A stretch of 63,776 nucleotides of DNA, filler included, from Rhabdomonas costata (lineage: Eukaryota), in the NCBI GenBank assembly GCA_019059605.1. It is 49 parts of 49 records of this genome, joined end to end, with 100 filler letters (N's around TTAATTAATTAA, not from the genome) between each part and the next. Parts side by side here need not be neighbours in the genome. Positions count along the whole stretch, not along the records: positions 1 to 1,205 come from JAHMHO010023707.1; positions 1,306 to 2,509 come from JAHMHO010023708.1; positions 2,610 to 3,814 come from JAHMHO010023709.1; positions 3,915 to 5,118 come from JAHMHO010023710.1; positions 5,219 to 6,422 come from JAHMHO010023711.1; positions 6,523 to 7,726 come from JAHMHO010023712.1; positions 7,827 to 9,030 come from JAHMHO010023713.1; positions 9,131 to 10,334 come from JAHMHO010023714.1; 41 more parts are not named here. One strand, 5' to 3'. This document shows positions 1-12,094 of the stretch, one piece after another. The stretch's first letter is position 1, and every line of letters starts with the position of its first letter. A model generated the notes under the pieces. That model searched no databases, was not told the DNA's origin, and saw nothing but the letters and a program-made list of their open reading frames with translations. The translations under genes were made by a program, and so were the position numbers.

Positions 1-1205
1 GGTTTGTTGGAGAATCTCAGAAATGTGTAGATCAGTCAAACTAGTGGGGGCCGATATAAGCTCATTTAAGAGTGGGAAAAGCAGGTGATCCAGATGATTG
101 GTGTGCCGACTACTGGATTGATCAATTAGTTCGAAGTCGTCATAGTAGACTTTCCAGAAGAAATTAGAGGTTATTTCGCTGTACCGCGATTCTCCAGCAG
201 CAGGACATTGTGGAGTGGCCAGGACTGCCGCCATGATCAAGCGCACTTACACGTTAAGAACATCAAGAGAAAAGTGCGAGCCTATGTGAGTACCTGTGAT
301 GTTTGTCAGAGATGCAAAGCCGGCCATCATTTTCCAAGAGGCCATACAAAGTGTTGGAGGTGCCAGTGAGGAAATGGGAATACACTTCAATGGATTTAGC
401 TTCCATGCAGCCATGGCCTTGGAAGTTTTCAGTGTTGACCGTTACAGATTGGGTTTTGAATATGGTTGCATTGCACAGCTGTGCTGGTTCGAGGTAGTAA
501 GACACCACGGTTTGCCGAGGATTATTGTGAGCTATTGAGTTCAGATCTTCATCACCAGTGTTCTTGAGAGGTATTATGGGCTTTCTGGACATTCAGAGCA
601 CAAACTTCTCGCCGTACCATCCGCAAACAAACGGGAAATCCGAAAGGACCAACCACACCATGAAGCATGTGATGACTACGCTGATGTATTCGCACCAGGG
701 CACGAATTGGATGGATCTTTTGGTCCTGGTGAAGATTGCAATCAACAGTGCGCATATTGTAAATACAGAGTACAGACCATTCTAACTGAATTACGGATAC
801 CATCAGGTGTTCTGGTGGGACCTTCCACAGATCCCCCACCAGGAAAGTCCTCGTAATATTCCATATTCAAAAATGACGTGGAAAAAAGTTCTGGATGCAT
901 TCAAAAAGTATTCCATTGCAAAAGAGCTGATTACAAATTTTTGTGTGTGTCAGAATGTGCTGATCAGTAAGCGAAAGCATTACCAGGGGATGTTTGGAGA
1001 CCACCAGGGGAAGTTGATGCCGAAGGCGGTGGAACAGTTTACCATAATTAAAAATATTACGGAGAAGACATTGTAATGGACATTTCACAGGAGATGCGGT
1101 GGAGAGCTTATCAAGTATTTCACTCGAACGATATCATCCATTAAGATACGAGAGATGTTACCGGAGGATCACGATGACCGCATTGAAGATCCAAGAAACA
1201 CCAAC
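1..1205 (+). mobile_element. Decayed Ty3/gypsy LTR-retrotransposon integrase region
   Basis: Zinc-finger remnants (DSPAAGHCG, YVSTCDVCQRCK), rve core SPYHPQTNGKSERTNHTMK, GPY/F-like KLMPKAVEQFTII; many frameshifts and stops. Confidence 0.92.
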
Positions 1206-1305
1206 NNNNNNNNNNNNNNNNNNNNNNNNNNNNNNNNNNNNNNNNNNNNTTAATTAATTAANNNNNNNNNNNNNNNNNNNNNNNNNNNNNNNNNNNNNNN
1301 NNNNN
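1206..1305. other. Artificial contig spacer N44-TTAATTAATTAA-N44 (first of 48, recurring every ~1.3 kb to 62573)
   Basis: Near-identical ~100-bp block with stops in all six frames; sequence is unrelated on either side of each copy. Confidence 0.99.
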
Positions 1306-1599
1306 TGTTTTGGTGTTTTGTCGATGTCGAGGTTCGGAGCTTCCGCCAGTGTACAGGGGATGCTTGGGGCTTGGGACTTGGGACTTCTTTGATGCGCATA
1401 CTGGTTTAGGTACTTCCCCGCTCCCCCCCCCCATTTGAGTAATGTATTGCTGTTATGCTTCATTCCTCCCTGTCGGCATCCTTTCCACCGAACCCATGTT
1501 TGGACACCGTCATTGTCATCGTTCGTACGTTCGGCCTTGGGACCATCCGTTTGCCACCGCAATGACCGGGGCGAGCAATTTTTGCGCGTTCTCTCTTAG

Positions 1600-2319
1600 G
1601 AAGGACTTCAGATGGCCTTGCAGCGGCTGGCCTCCTCCATTGCCCACGATGTCGCCTCCTCTGTGAGCGTTGTCAGTTGCTCGGCCAGGCTGATTTCCGA
1701 ACCTGACCAAAACGAGAAAGTGGACGCGATCTTGAAGCAATGCCAGCATTTGAGGTTTCCACCCCATCCCAACCCAACGTGCCTCGCATTTGCTGTTATT
1801 TCCCCATGTGAGATATGGAGTATGTTCAAGTTTCACCCCCATCTCTCCCATCAACACAGGGAAGATGTCTCTTCTAGCATTGAAATGGCAGCGAAACGAG
1901 CTGTTTTTATTGATTTCGATGGCATGAAAATGCTTGTCTCCATTTGACCAGCTCCCGTTCCGAGGACTTGCTGTGCCATGCACGGCTCTCTGCGGGATCG
2001 GTGCAGCTCTGCCCGTCCGAGTTCAGCCTCACTCAGATGCTGCAGATGCTGCAGCTTCGTTGGTCTCCTGTGATCTGCCAGGAAGAGGAGGGCGGCAGGG
2101 CCAAGCGCTGGCTGGAGATGGGCAGCCACCTTCCTTCGGGGTGGGACACCCGCCTCGGGGACAGGGCCGCGCTGGAGACCGTCTTGCACCGCCTGCTGCG
2201 CAACGCCGCGAAGCACTGTGGCCACGGCTGCATCGCTCTGCTGGTTTCGGAGCTGCCCGGGATGGGCAGGGGAGCTCCAGAGGCCGATGGTACGCGGTGT
2301 GGTTTGCACATTAGAGATG
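1600..2319 (+). CDS. Sensor histidine kinase fragment (HisKA + HATPase), exons 1600-1754 and 1952-2319
   Basis: The phase-2 GT-AG intron 1755-1951 joins LASSIAHDVASS...DAILKQCQHL to SSRSEDLLCHARLSAGSVQL, then N-box GDRAALETVLHRLLRNAAKH and IRD before a GTGAG donor. Confidence 0.8.
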
Positions 2320-2616
2320 GTGAGCGTGTGGTCAGGTGTCAGTTCATATTACTGTAATTTAGCACGCCGTGTGATTTTTTGCTGCATATTGTTTTGTCGT
2401 GCCACAACCATATAATCCTGACTTGTACTTGAGAGTCATCGGGAAGCTGTTTCCTACCTTTTAGTACAGTCGTTGCAGCGTTCTGTGCTTTTGCTTTCTG
2501 CTAAAGTTCNNNNNNNNNNNNNNNNNNNNNNNNNNNNNNNNNNNNNNNNNNNNTTAATTAATTAANNNNNNNNNNNNNNNNNNNNNNNNNNNNNNNNNNN
2601 NNNNNNNNNGTGGGTT

Positions 2617-3102
2617 GTGTTTGGTTGGTTTTTTAACAGCGCCGCTCCTGGGGTGCTTCCCTTCCTGCGGGACTCCCTGCGCTCCGTGGTGTGTATCCCT
2701 CGGCGAAACCTCCGCGCGATTGTCGTGGGGGTGGTGGTGGGGGCCCACATGCTGGTGCTGCCCTTCGTTGTGACCCACATTGTGGTAGCCACGGCGGCCT
2801 TCTTGTGGCTGGTGTTCATCTACTCCGTGCTCTGTGGAATGCTCATGACCACGGTCACCCTGTTTGCGATACAGTGGGTGGGGATGGCCCGCACGGAGAA
2901 GCTCTTCGTGATCATGTATGGCGCCGTACTGTGCATGGCGGTGCAGTGCCTGGGGAACTACGCGTACCTGCTGTACTCCGGAGTGGAGTATTCAGATGTC
3001 ACGGATCATGAGGCGGACTTGAGGTCAACGAGCTGCTTCTTCGCCACCGCCACCTCAGGGACCTTAGCGGCGCGGCTGAACTTCTGGAGCTACTTTCTGT
3101 AA
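2617..3102 (+). CDS. C-terminal part of a multi-pass membrane protein of unknown family
   Basis: GC3-rich open frame with about 3 hydrophobic segments ending in TAA; the first ~25 nt are probably primer or intron. Confidence 0.7.
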   Translation: MFGWFFNSAAPGVLPFLRDSLRSVVCIPRRNLRAIVVGVVVGAHMLVLPFVVTHIVVATAAFLWLVFIYSVLCGMLMTTVTLFAIQWVGMARTEKLFVIMYGAVLCMAVQCLGNYAYLLYSGVEYSDVTDHEADLRSTSCFFATATSGTLAARLNFWSYFL

Positions 3103-3924
3103 GAAAAATGAGAGTGATGTACGTACGTAGATGCGGTGGATGGGCTCCCCGGGGTGTGCGCTCAGTTTTGTTTGAAATTGGAAGGTGAGGTGGTTGAGAG
3201 GTGATGAGAGGTCCGCCGGCAGAGCCTCAGCAGAGGCTTTGAACCAAAACCTTCACAAAATGAAGGATGTGCGAAGACAGCGGGGGGAACCGTTGCGTAT
3301 TCTTCGATTCCTCTGGGCAATGGTTGCGCGGAATTGTTGCAGATATCCGAAAAAAAGAATGCAGCTCTGTCACACACACCAAGAGTAGGGTGTCCGTATT
3401 TTTGTGGGTCCGAAGCTGGTATTGCTTTCTTCTGAGGTCATGACATTATAGCCGAGAGCTTGGCACATAGCACTTGTGGCCCATTTGGGACCCTGCGCCG
3501 CAAGGCCCCAAAAACTGAGTCATGGCATTGTAGCGGAACGGTAGGCCTCCCTCGAAGTGCGAGTCGATGAGTGTTTGGGCCGGATCCTTTTGCAATCGTG
3601 CTGTGTTCAACTTTGCATCGTGTCATCTCCGACCCAGCAGAGGGTTTTTCATATGCACATCAGCTCACAGCATCAGACCTCCTCTGGCGGACTCTGGGCA
3701 AATGAGCTGAGGCCTTCTGTTAGCACACGATGATCCCTCACGGCCATGTATCTAGCCTGTGTTATGGCACAGGCGCAGGTTCCAGTTCACCCAAGGTCAC
3801 TTTCACCACCCAACNNNNNNNNNNNNNNNNNNNNNNNNNNNNNNNNNNNNNNNNNNNNTTAATTAATTAANNNNNNNNNNNNNNNNNNNNNNNNNNNNNN
3901 NNNNNNNNNNNNNNTGTGGTGTGG

Positions 3925-4279
3925 AGGCCTTCGAGGCCGCCGCGCATAGCACCGTCCGGAACACCCCTCCGCTGCTGCTGGCCTGGAGCTGACCCTCCAG
4001 GAACTCCGCCCGGCGGGCGCTGTAGAGCTCCACAGAGCCCCCCAAGGAAGGCAGGTACTCCTCCCGGATCTGAGCGGAGTAGGCCCTGTACAGGGCCCAT
4101 GGCGAGCCCAGGATGGCCAGGTCCAGGTCAAGAAAGAGCAGCAGCACGGCGTCCGCAGGGTCCGGGGGTGGGGTGGAGTGGTGGTGGGCTTTTGTGGCCA
4201 GGATCAGCTGGCTAACTCTGTCCAGCGAGGCCCGTGGAAGTTTGCACCGCGTGGCGAAGTCTCGAAAAAGCCGCTCGCT
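3925..4279 (-). CDS. Predicted metal-dependent HD-superfamily phosphohydrolase (COG4339-like), internal exon
   Basis: Acceptor CATAG, then SERLFRDF...QLILATKAHH...FLDLDLAILGS...YSAQIREEY...RRAEFL. Confidence 0.85.
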
Positions 4280-7200
4280 CTATGCAGTGGGCCGTTTACG
4301 GAGATAGAATATGAGGTAAAACCGGAAAAACGTACCAGCGCAGGGCAAGAATGGAATTCAGGATTCGGGGATTTTTTTTTGGCAGGTGGCTATCATCAAA
4401 CAGTCACATCAAAACGCTAAGAGGGGCGGTGGTTGCGTGTTAATGAGCACAGGCAAAGTTCCGGCACTCAAGGCATGCGGAGAAACGGAGAGAGGTCAGC
4501 CGTGGCGTCATGGCCGCTGAAAACGTACGAAATGGTGAGGGTTATCCTGACGGAGAATCTCCGCCATGCTTCCGACATCTCTAGTAATCTACGACAAGGT
4601 CAATAACATTCAAAGGGGCAAGGAAAGTAGAGCCCAAGCCCAAGGGGCCACGTGTAAAAAAGGGGGATGTGGACATGAAGCAACCCAGTCACCAGTCACC
4701 TGATCAGGGACAGCCATGCTACCAAACGGATGCCTGGCACCACGGCGAAAGCGGAAAAAAAAGTGGCAAACAAGCTGCGGTCGCAGTGTGCTTTTAAAAA
4801 GCGGTGGTTGTATTTTTTTGCCTGGAGACATTTTTTTCGTTCCCCCTATTCAAACCGGCTTCGGTTTTGTTCAGTTCGCCGCCCCCCTTAGGAAATGCGG
4901 TGGTTTCAGCCCATTTCGCCGATGGCAATGCCGTCGGGATAATGATCTTTCAGGTCTCTGGGAATGCTTAAGCGCAGTCTCGGCAAGGCGGGCGGTATTG
5001 GGCTGAACAATGAAACAGTTTTGCATCGTCCGCGTATCGCCCAAAAAAAACCATACAAACGTGCTTGAATCACCTTGCCAAAAAAAATGGTTCGTACAAC
5101 ATATGCCGGAAGTATCAGNNNNNNNNNNNNNNNNNNNNNNNNNNNNNNNNNNNNNNNNNNNNTTAATTAATTAANNNNNNNNNNNNNNNNNNNNNNNNNN
5201 NNNNNNNNNNNNNNNNNNGGTGGTTGGTGAAGAAGGGTTCAGCTGAAAAGTTGGGGAAGGTGAGTTCCCAACTCGGACAGCAGGGTTAGGGTTGGACTGG
5301 AAGGGATGAAATGAGAGCCGGACCGCTGAAGCGAATACAGTAGTACTCAAGGAGCTTCATCCATCTGACGCCAAATAAAAGAAGTGGAGCGGAACTAGTC
5401 CAACGCCAAATCGCAACCATATTTGCACCTCTCACTATCACTTTGCAGGGAGTGACAGAAAGGTTGGGAGGGGGGGGGGGGGGGGGGAAGGAGAAAACCT
5501 CAACCGGAAAAAGTCGCTTGCTCTCTGCCGGGCATATGCGCAGGCACCTCTTTCCCTTTTCAGTGTGCATTCTAGGCGGCTGTTTATCCGATTACTACTC
5601 TATGAAGCAGAGAGAGTTTCTGACCTGTAGTTTCTTTTTATATTTTCCCGCGACACGTTCACGCACTCTGACATGGTGCAAAGCCATACTCAGTCAACTC
5701 GTACGAATCTGCGGTGCTCGCGGGTTTCCGCTCGGGCCACAGCCCACTCCCATTGCTGTATTCCCGCAATAGGGCTTGAAACATGAACTGCCCTCGGACC
5801 GAAGAAGGAAAAGAAGAAGAATATCAACGCCCCACACAAGGGGAAAAGATGTCTGCACACAAACAAGAACAGCATTTGTTTCACATTCCGTCGTGCCCCA
5901 TGGAAGGCCAAAAGCATATGGATGAGCTGGTTTGGTAGGCGGGAAAGTCATTGCACCAAAACGTTGGCCTCTCCGAGCCCCACGTTGTATTCCAGGACGA
6001 AAGCGAAAACCGCCAACTGCGTTTTGGCTTGTTTTTTCCTTTTTATACGGTTGGCCTGAAATTCTGGGGCTGGAGGGGGTGGGGTACGGATTCGGTCGGC
6101 AAAGAACGCCGTTGAATCGTTTAGAAATGAAAAAGGTTGCAGAATGTGCGTACAAACATAAAAAGTAAGGAAGACAGGGAGACCCACCTGGACACCAACA
6201 TCCGTACCCTTCTAGCTTAGGCTCAATTTCTGCTAACCTTTCTGTCGTGACATGTTTTTGAACTAGTCTAAAGTCTTTTTATACCGGAAAACCCAACTTC
6301 ACTCCAACCCTGCGGAATCGATTCGAAGCCCCCCCCCCCAAAAAAAACAACCGGAAATAACCTAACTCCATCTGGAACGTCCAACCCCTAACCAGAATAT
6401 GCCCTTCTTCTCTGGCAACAACNNNNNNNNNNNNNNNNNNNNNNNNNNNNNNNNNNNNNNNNNNNNTTAATTAATTAANNNNNNNNNNNNNNNNNNNNNN
6501 NNNNNNNNNNNNNNNNNNNNNNGTGGGGGGGGGTGGAGAGATGGAAACCGTTATCCCACGAACGAGCTTAATGAAGCCAAGGTGGATACTCAGTTGACTG
6601 ATCGAAAAACAAAAGCGCACCCACCTCACGACAAAGAACGAAAACGATTTTGTGAAGGGACCCAAGCTGCCATTTACACATATAACGGGAAAATGGTAGC
6701 TGAAAAAAATGTTGATTCTAAAACTAACTGGTCCATCATAACCAACTGATCATGCGCCCATATCCCAAATCAAATTTGACTGATCATGTTTGCCCGGAAT
6801 CTCTTGATTCTAAGGCACAGTTCTTCCCATTTCTTCTTACACCATGTCCTTCCTTTGCTCGCTTGAGAGGTCTCCAGGACCCCAAAAAGGTTTGACCTTA
6901 AATGCTCCACAAAATGCTCCGTTTGGGCAAACCTAGGCAAACCTAAGCAAACCCAGGCAAAAGTTGCGCTTAAATACAATTAGTCTGTTCTATTTTGCCC
7001 CCTTATCTCCAAAACAGTCAACACATCATGACACATCACGATATTTGCGCACCAGTCGTCCAGCATTTCCCGTGAGGGGAAGTGGGACAGACATGCAGAA
7101 CTATTTACCATTTTAGGATCCTTTTGAGAGATCTCTCAGCTTAGTGTTTTGGGGCTGTTTTAGATGTAGGCAGACCCGTTCCCCAACCAGTAATGAGCAC

Positions 7201-7967
7201 TTCGGCACCGCGCATTATGCTATTCAATACTCGCCCAATATCCTGGCACTCGCAACCATTGCCACTTCAAACCATTGATCATCTGAACAACCCAGTTGAT
7301 CTGTAGCTGGCGAAATACAACACCGTTGGTCATGGAACGGGTACAAAGTACAGGTCATAAGTGCGAATCTCTCTCAGTGCCAGCCCCCTTGGATGGCTCC
7401 AGGGGAGGCGAGGTGACCTTCAACCCCAGCGGGGTTGCTCCAAGGGCGGTCTTGCATCTAAGCAATTCCTTCTCCTAAAAACGAAAAGAAAAATGAACAC
7501 AAACCCCCACAGCGCGAGTTCGTTTTCGTTTCCCTCTTCCGATTCTCTTCTTCTGCTGTGTGCTTCTACGCTTTGCGCTGTGCGAGCCCTGTCCAATGGA
7601 CATCAGAGCTCCGGTGGGAGTTGCTGTAGAAGCGACCGTCACGATGCGGAACAATGCCGGGCTCCGGAGGAGAGCACATGTGGCCCCCCTCTGCGGCCAC
7701 GTGAAGCGCACAACTCCCGGAGATGGNNNNNNNNNNNNNNNNNNNNNNNNNNNNNNNNNNNNNNNNNNNNTTAATTAATTAANNNNNNNNNNNNNNNNNN
7801 NNNNNNNNNNNNNNNNNNNNNNNNNNGGCCTAAATGCACTGGCGCCTCTTCCAAAAAGCTACACAAAAGCTCGGAGAAGCCAGGCAACACAGGACAGACC
7901 TCGCGCACCGCCTCTGTGCTGGCAGCGAGCGCCCCGAGCTCCTCTGCAGCGAACAGTGGTGACACAG

Positions 7968-8145
7968 GTTGCTGGCCCACTGGCTCGCTCACGGCCTGAA
8001 CGGCCTCAGAGAGGAGCTGCGGCAACTGCGGAGCGGGAACGCGGGCTCCCCCCGAGACCTCAGGGGATGGTTTGACCAACGGGAGAGCAGCAAGGTCCAC
8101 GTCCAAGCCCAGGTCCACATCAACAGCCTGCGGGCAGGCGTGCAG
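7968..8145 (+). CDS. Probable exon of an unknown protein
   Basis: CAG|...CAG|GTA boundaries and a GC3-rich frame LLAHWLAHGLNGLREELRQL...SLRAGVQ. Confidence 0.45.
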
Positions 8146-11100
8146 GTACCCTATTGGCATTTCTTCCAATGAACCAACTTTCTCCCTTGAAGGATGCAGG
8201 AACTGAATCCTAATATAAGAAACTTCATCCGGTATTCCAATCAAAGTGACTGTCATGCCATGAAAACTTGTGCTCAACGTTCCAATGACGAATGAGGGGA
8301 AGAGCAAGATTTCTGCCTTGCCCTCTCACCCCCATTTCATTCGATTGATTCCCCATTTCATTCGATTTCATTCACGTGCACGCACAGTAAGCCAAAATCC
8401 ACTATCAACATCTGATTGGACGCCAATCAGTATGCCTCCAACGGGGAGCGCAAAATCTAAAATCAGTCAACAGGTACCAGCCCAGAGACACAAAGCTAAT
8501 CATTCCAGTTAGACAATAAAAGCACCATCACTTTTACTGTACAAATACTGGAGTCCTCACAAAAACGGACTTTCGAGGACGACTAAAAGGACAAATGCGT
8601 TGAAACTGCAAGCCCATTCCGTTGAGCCAGCGGCTAATTCGCTTCAGATATTTGAGGACTTACCATACACACAGCCAACAAAAATGCTGGCCACGATAGA
8701 ATAACAAAAGGCAGGACGACGGAATCCCAAGGCAAAATTCAAGGACGTGCCAGGGAACCAGTACCTCGGTAGGTTGGCTTCCAAATTGAGCCAACTCAAT
8801 AGAGGGCTCAGCGGTTGGGCCCCAGCACTCGCCATCAGTGAGGACGACCTCCTCCCTCAAACCCCTCTGCAAAGCAGCGGGCAGAACCTCGGGCTTGTCA
8901 GACAGCCCACAGAGAGCCACCTGCCTTTCCACCACCGAAACCGAGGGGGCCTCCATGCAACTGTGAGGAAGATCTCCGCACTCCCACTCCTCCGCCTCTT
9001 CCTCCAAGGCATCCTCTTCAACCACATGCCNNNNNNNNNNNNNNNNNNNNNNNNNNNNNNNNNNNNNNNNNNNNTTAATTAATTAANNNNNNNNNNNNNN
9101 NNNNNNNNNNNNNNNNNNNNNNNNNNNNNNCAGCCGGAGGAGGCTGACTACGTGGATATCGCAATGCTCCTCGTTTTTGACTGAATCCGAGAAGACGCAA
9201 GTCGCACTGGTATTTTATGGTGAAACATTAAAATAATGCCAGAAAAAACCGCCAGAGTCTTTCACTGGACACGCTGGACATGCCCCATCTGGCAATCCAT
9301 GGGAGTACTCTGTGCACCTGGGTCAGTTCTAATTAGAAAAGCAACATAACGTCAAGCGATGAACGCCCAGCATAAAGAACACCTGCACGAAGATGACAAA
9401 ACGAGGCAGGGAAAGGAAATGATGATTAACTAAATAAAAATTTTATTTGCCTAAAGCTCCAGCACGCACCACGCACCAAAACTAGTCCCCATCTTCGCAA
9501 GCAATAAACGACACCCCATACACACACAACGTCACACGCACCTCTTTTTCAACAATTTCCCGAGACTTCGGTATCACGTCAGCTTTTCCACTAGCAAAAG
9601 GGTCATGCGGCTGGTAGGACTTTTTTTGCTCTTCGTTTTTCGCCCAGAAGCGGAGATTCACCATTCTTAGCTCCGCAATAAAGCTAGTGAAGGGATAGCT
9701 CACAAATCCAAAAGCAGCACTCCCTTCACAATGCTCACCCCAGGAACATAAAAAGCAATATAGGTTCTGAAGGGAGAAAAACACTCCAACACATCAACTC
9801 ATCCTTTAATGTGAGCATCGCAAACAGTGCGGTCTCAATCAGTACCCCCACTCCTCGAAATAAAGGGTCTTTGCGTGCCACCCCCACCCTCAACAACGGC
9901 AACGTAATTTAATTGTATTCCTGCCCTTAAACCCACCTTTTGCCGGGTCGTTCACGAGCGCTGCCATCGAACATGGCGCAGCAATTAAGTCAACGGAATC
10001 AGAAGACGTCTGTCGGGCAGCGGGTGCGTTTTCTTCTTGCTGCTGCCGAGACCACTGGCCCCAGAAGTAGCAGCTCCCCAGCTTTCATAAAAAGCTGGTC
10101 TCAGGGAGCTGGTATGTCGACAGGGGTTGTCCACTTCACACAGTGACTCCAAGGTGCCTTTCTCGGCTACACAGGTGGTCGCTCATCGTCTCTTCTCCGG
10201 GCTTCACCCATTCTTCTCTTCGTCTCCCGCAACCCCCCGCCCCCAACTCCCCAACTCCGTCCAGCCACGCGCACTTCCCCATAGGCCCAACTCCAGAGAT
10301 CTCCACTCCAGACATCTCAGTTCACAACAAACACNNNNNNNNNNNNNNNNNNNNNNNNNNNNNNNNNNNNNNNNNNNNTTAATTAATTAANNNNNNNNNN
10401 NNNNNNNNNNNNNNNNNNNNNNNNNNNNNNNNNNGGTGTTGGTGCGACGCACGACGGACGTAATTCACCTTCTTGCTGTCTTTGCTGACAATACTTTAGA
10501 CTTACACTTCTTCTTCGGGTGGCAAAGCATGTCTCGCTGGAATTCTGCGCTTTCTGGCTTGCTGCGAATCCTTGACAATGGAAGGCGTGGCTTTTGCAGC
10601 GGTGGCATGCTTTTTGTGGGGAAACGGCCCTTCAACTCTGAGCCCGCCAAAGAAGGTGTGCACTGCAGATAACACCTTCACTGTGGAGCCATTAGAGCTC
10701 AATTATACAGGACGTTTTTATGACATGTGCGTTCAAAACCTCGTATTTCCCCATTTTTCAACATTAGGGTGGGGGACAATTGACTTTCGAGAAGTAATCG
10801 CTACCGTTGGAATCTGTTGGACCACACCTTTTTTCCCATTGCACTAACAAAAAGTGGTTTAAGACTCCCCAGTCCCCGTTCCCGCGCCTTTCTCATTTCA
10901 GCGTGGCCTTGCTCAACTGATGGCCTCCTTTCGCTGCACTCGCTCATCCTAGTCCTCCACAGCCTTTCGAAACCTTCACCCACACCCTATATTCACCCCC
11001 TCCAGAACCCGTTGAAAGTACTGGATTTTAACAGATATATGTTGGATGTGGATGATTTCTTGTCCCACAGGCTCCTGGCCGGAGCAGTACATCGACGCGA

Positions 11101-11956
11101 AGCCATTGGCACCCTCTCATGGGCCGTGGGTGTCTGGAGTTGGTGTGCTTCTTCACCAGTTGGTTTCTCTCTCAGCTGCATATTCATTGACAATTTTCGC
11201 CTTACAATTTACTTGCCCCCCCACACACACATTCTCCGAAAATTGCAGGCCTGCTGACTCAGCACTTCTCGCGCCGGGTGATCATATCGAGGCGCAAGCC
11301 CTCCCGGTTCACGCAAATGGTTGGAGGCCGCCGTTCCCGATCTTTTGGCATTGTCTTCGAACGAGGCAACTTGGATCGGGAACCGCTTCAGGTCCGCTGC
11401 TTGTCCAGTCCTGGGTGCTCGGTCCCGTGCACAAGAAGAAGCTTGAATTGTGAAAACTGCCCGCAGGCTTCCGTTTTCTTTTTCTTTCTTGGACAGTTTC
11501 CCCGCGTATCACAAAGTGTTTGCATTTGTTTGCTGCAGGACATTCACAAGTGATTGACACAGTGAAGCAGAAGCATCGGCGGCAATGAAAGCAGTGTTTC
11601 CTTTTCACCGCCTTGCCTCAAAAGAGCCATTCCATTCCNNNNNNNNNNNNNNNNNNNNNNNNNNNNNNNNNNNNNNNNNNNNTTAATTAATTAANNNNNN
11701 NNNNNNNNNNNNNNNNNNNNNNNNNNNNNNNNNNNNNNTTGTGTGCTGCGCCCGCTTTCTGCTTTTCGTATATCGGCGTTCGTATTCGTCGTTTGGTTTC
11801 GAAGGCTCCGTTTGCAACTCTCGTCGGCAAGCCCAAGATAATTTTCCTTTCTATGGAAAGACATATCCAAGAGGCCTCCTCCCGGGGAATAGGGAGGGAG
11901 GCTTATTATGTGACTCCCATGAACATTGTGACAGGCACGTGGGTCTATCTTGTGAG

Positions 11957-12094
11957 GCATACGACGAGCAGAGGCGCCAGGGCGACGCCGCGCTGCACGA
12001 CTTCCTGCGCCGCGAGACGAAAGCTTGCCCGAAATGTGGGACAGCGATTCAGAAGAATGAGGGCTGTGATCACATGACCTGCAGACCCCCAGGC
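11957..12094 (+). CDS. RBR (Ariadne/parkin-type) E3 ligase, Rcat/RING2 exon
   Basis: ETKACPKCGTAIQKNEGCDHMTC with the catalytic GCDHM motif; donor is either GC at 12093 or GT at 12095. Confidence 0.9.

Noticed and set aside
1663..1668. GTGAGC donor right after the kinase H-box, suggesting a non-conventional intron
   Set aside because: The exon reads on to 1754, where a GT-AG intron fits the HisKA alignment
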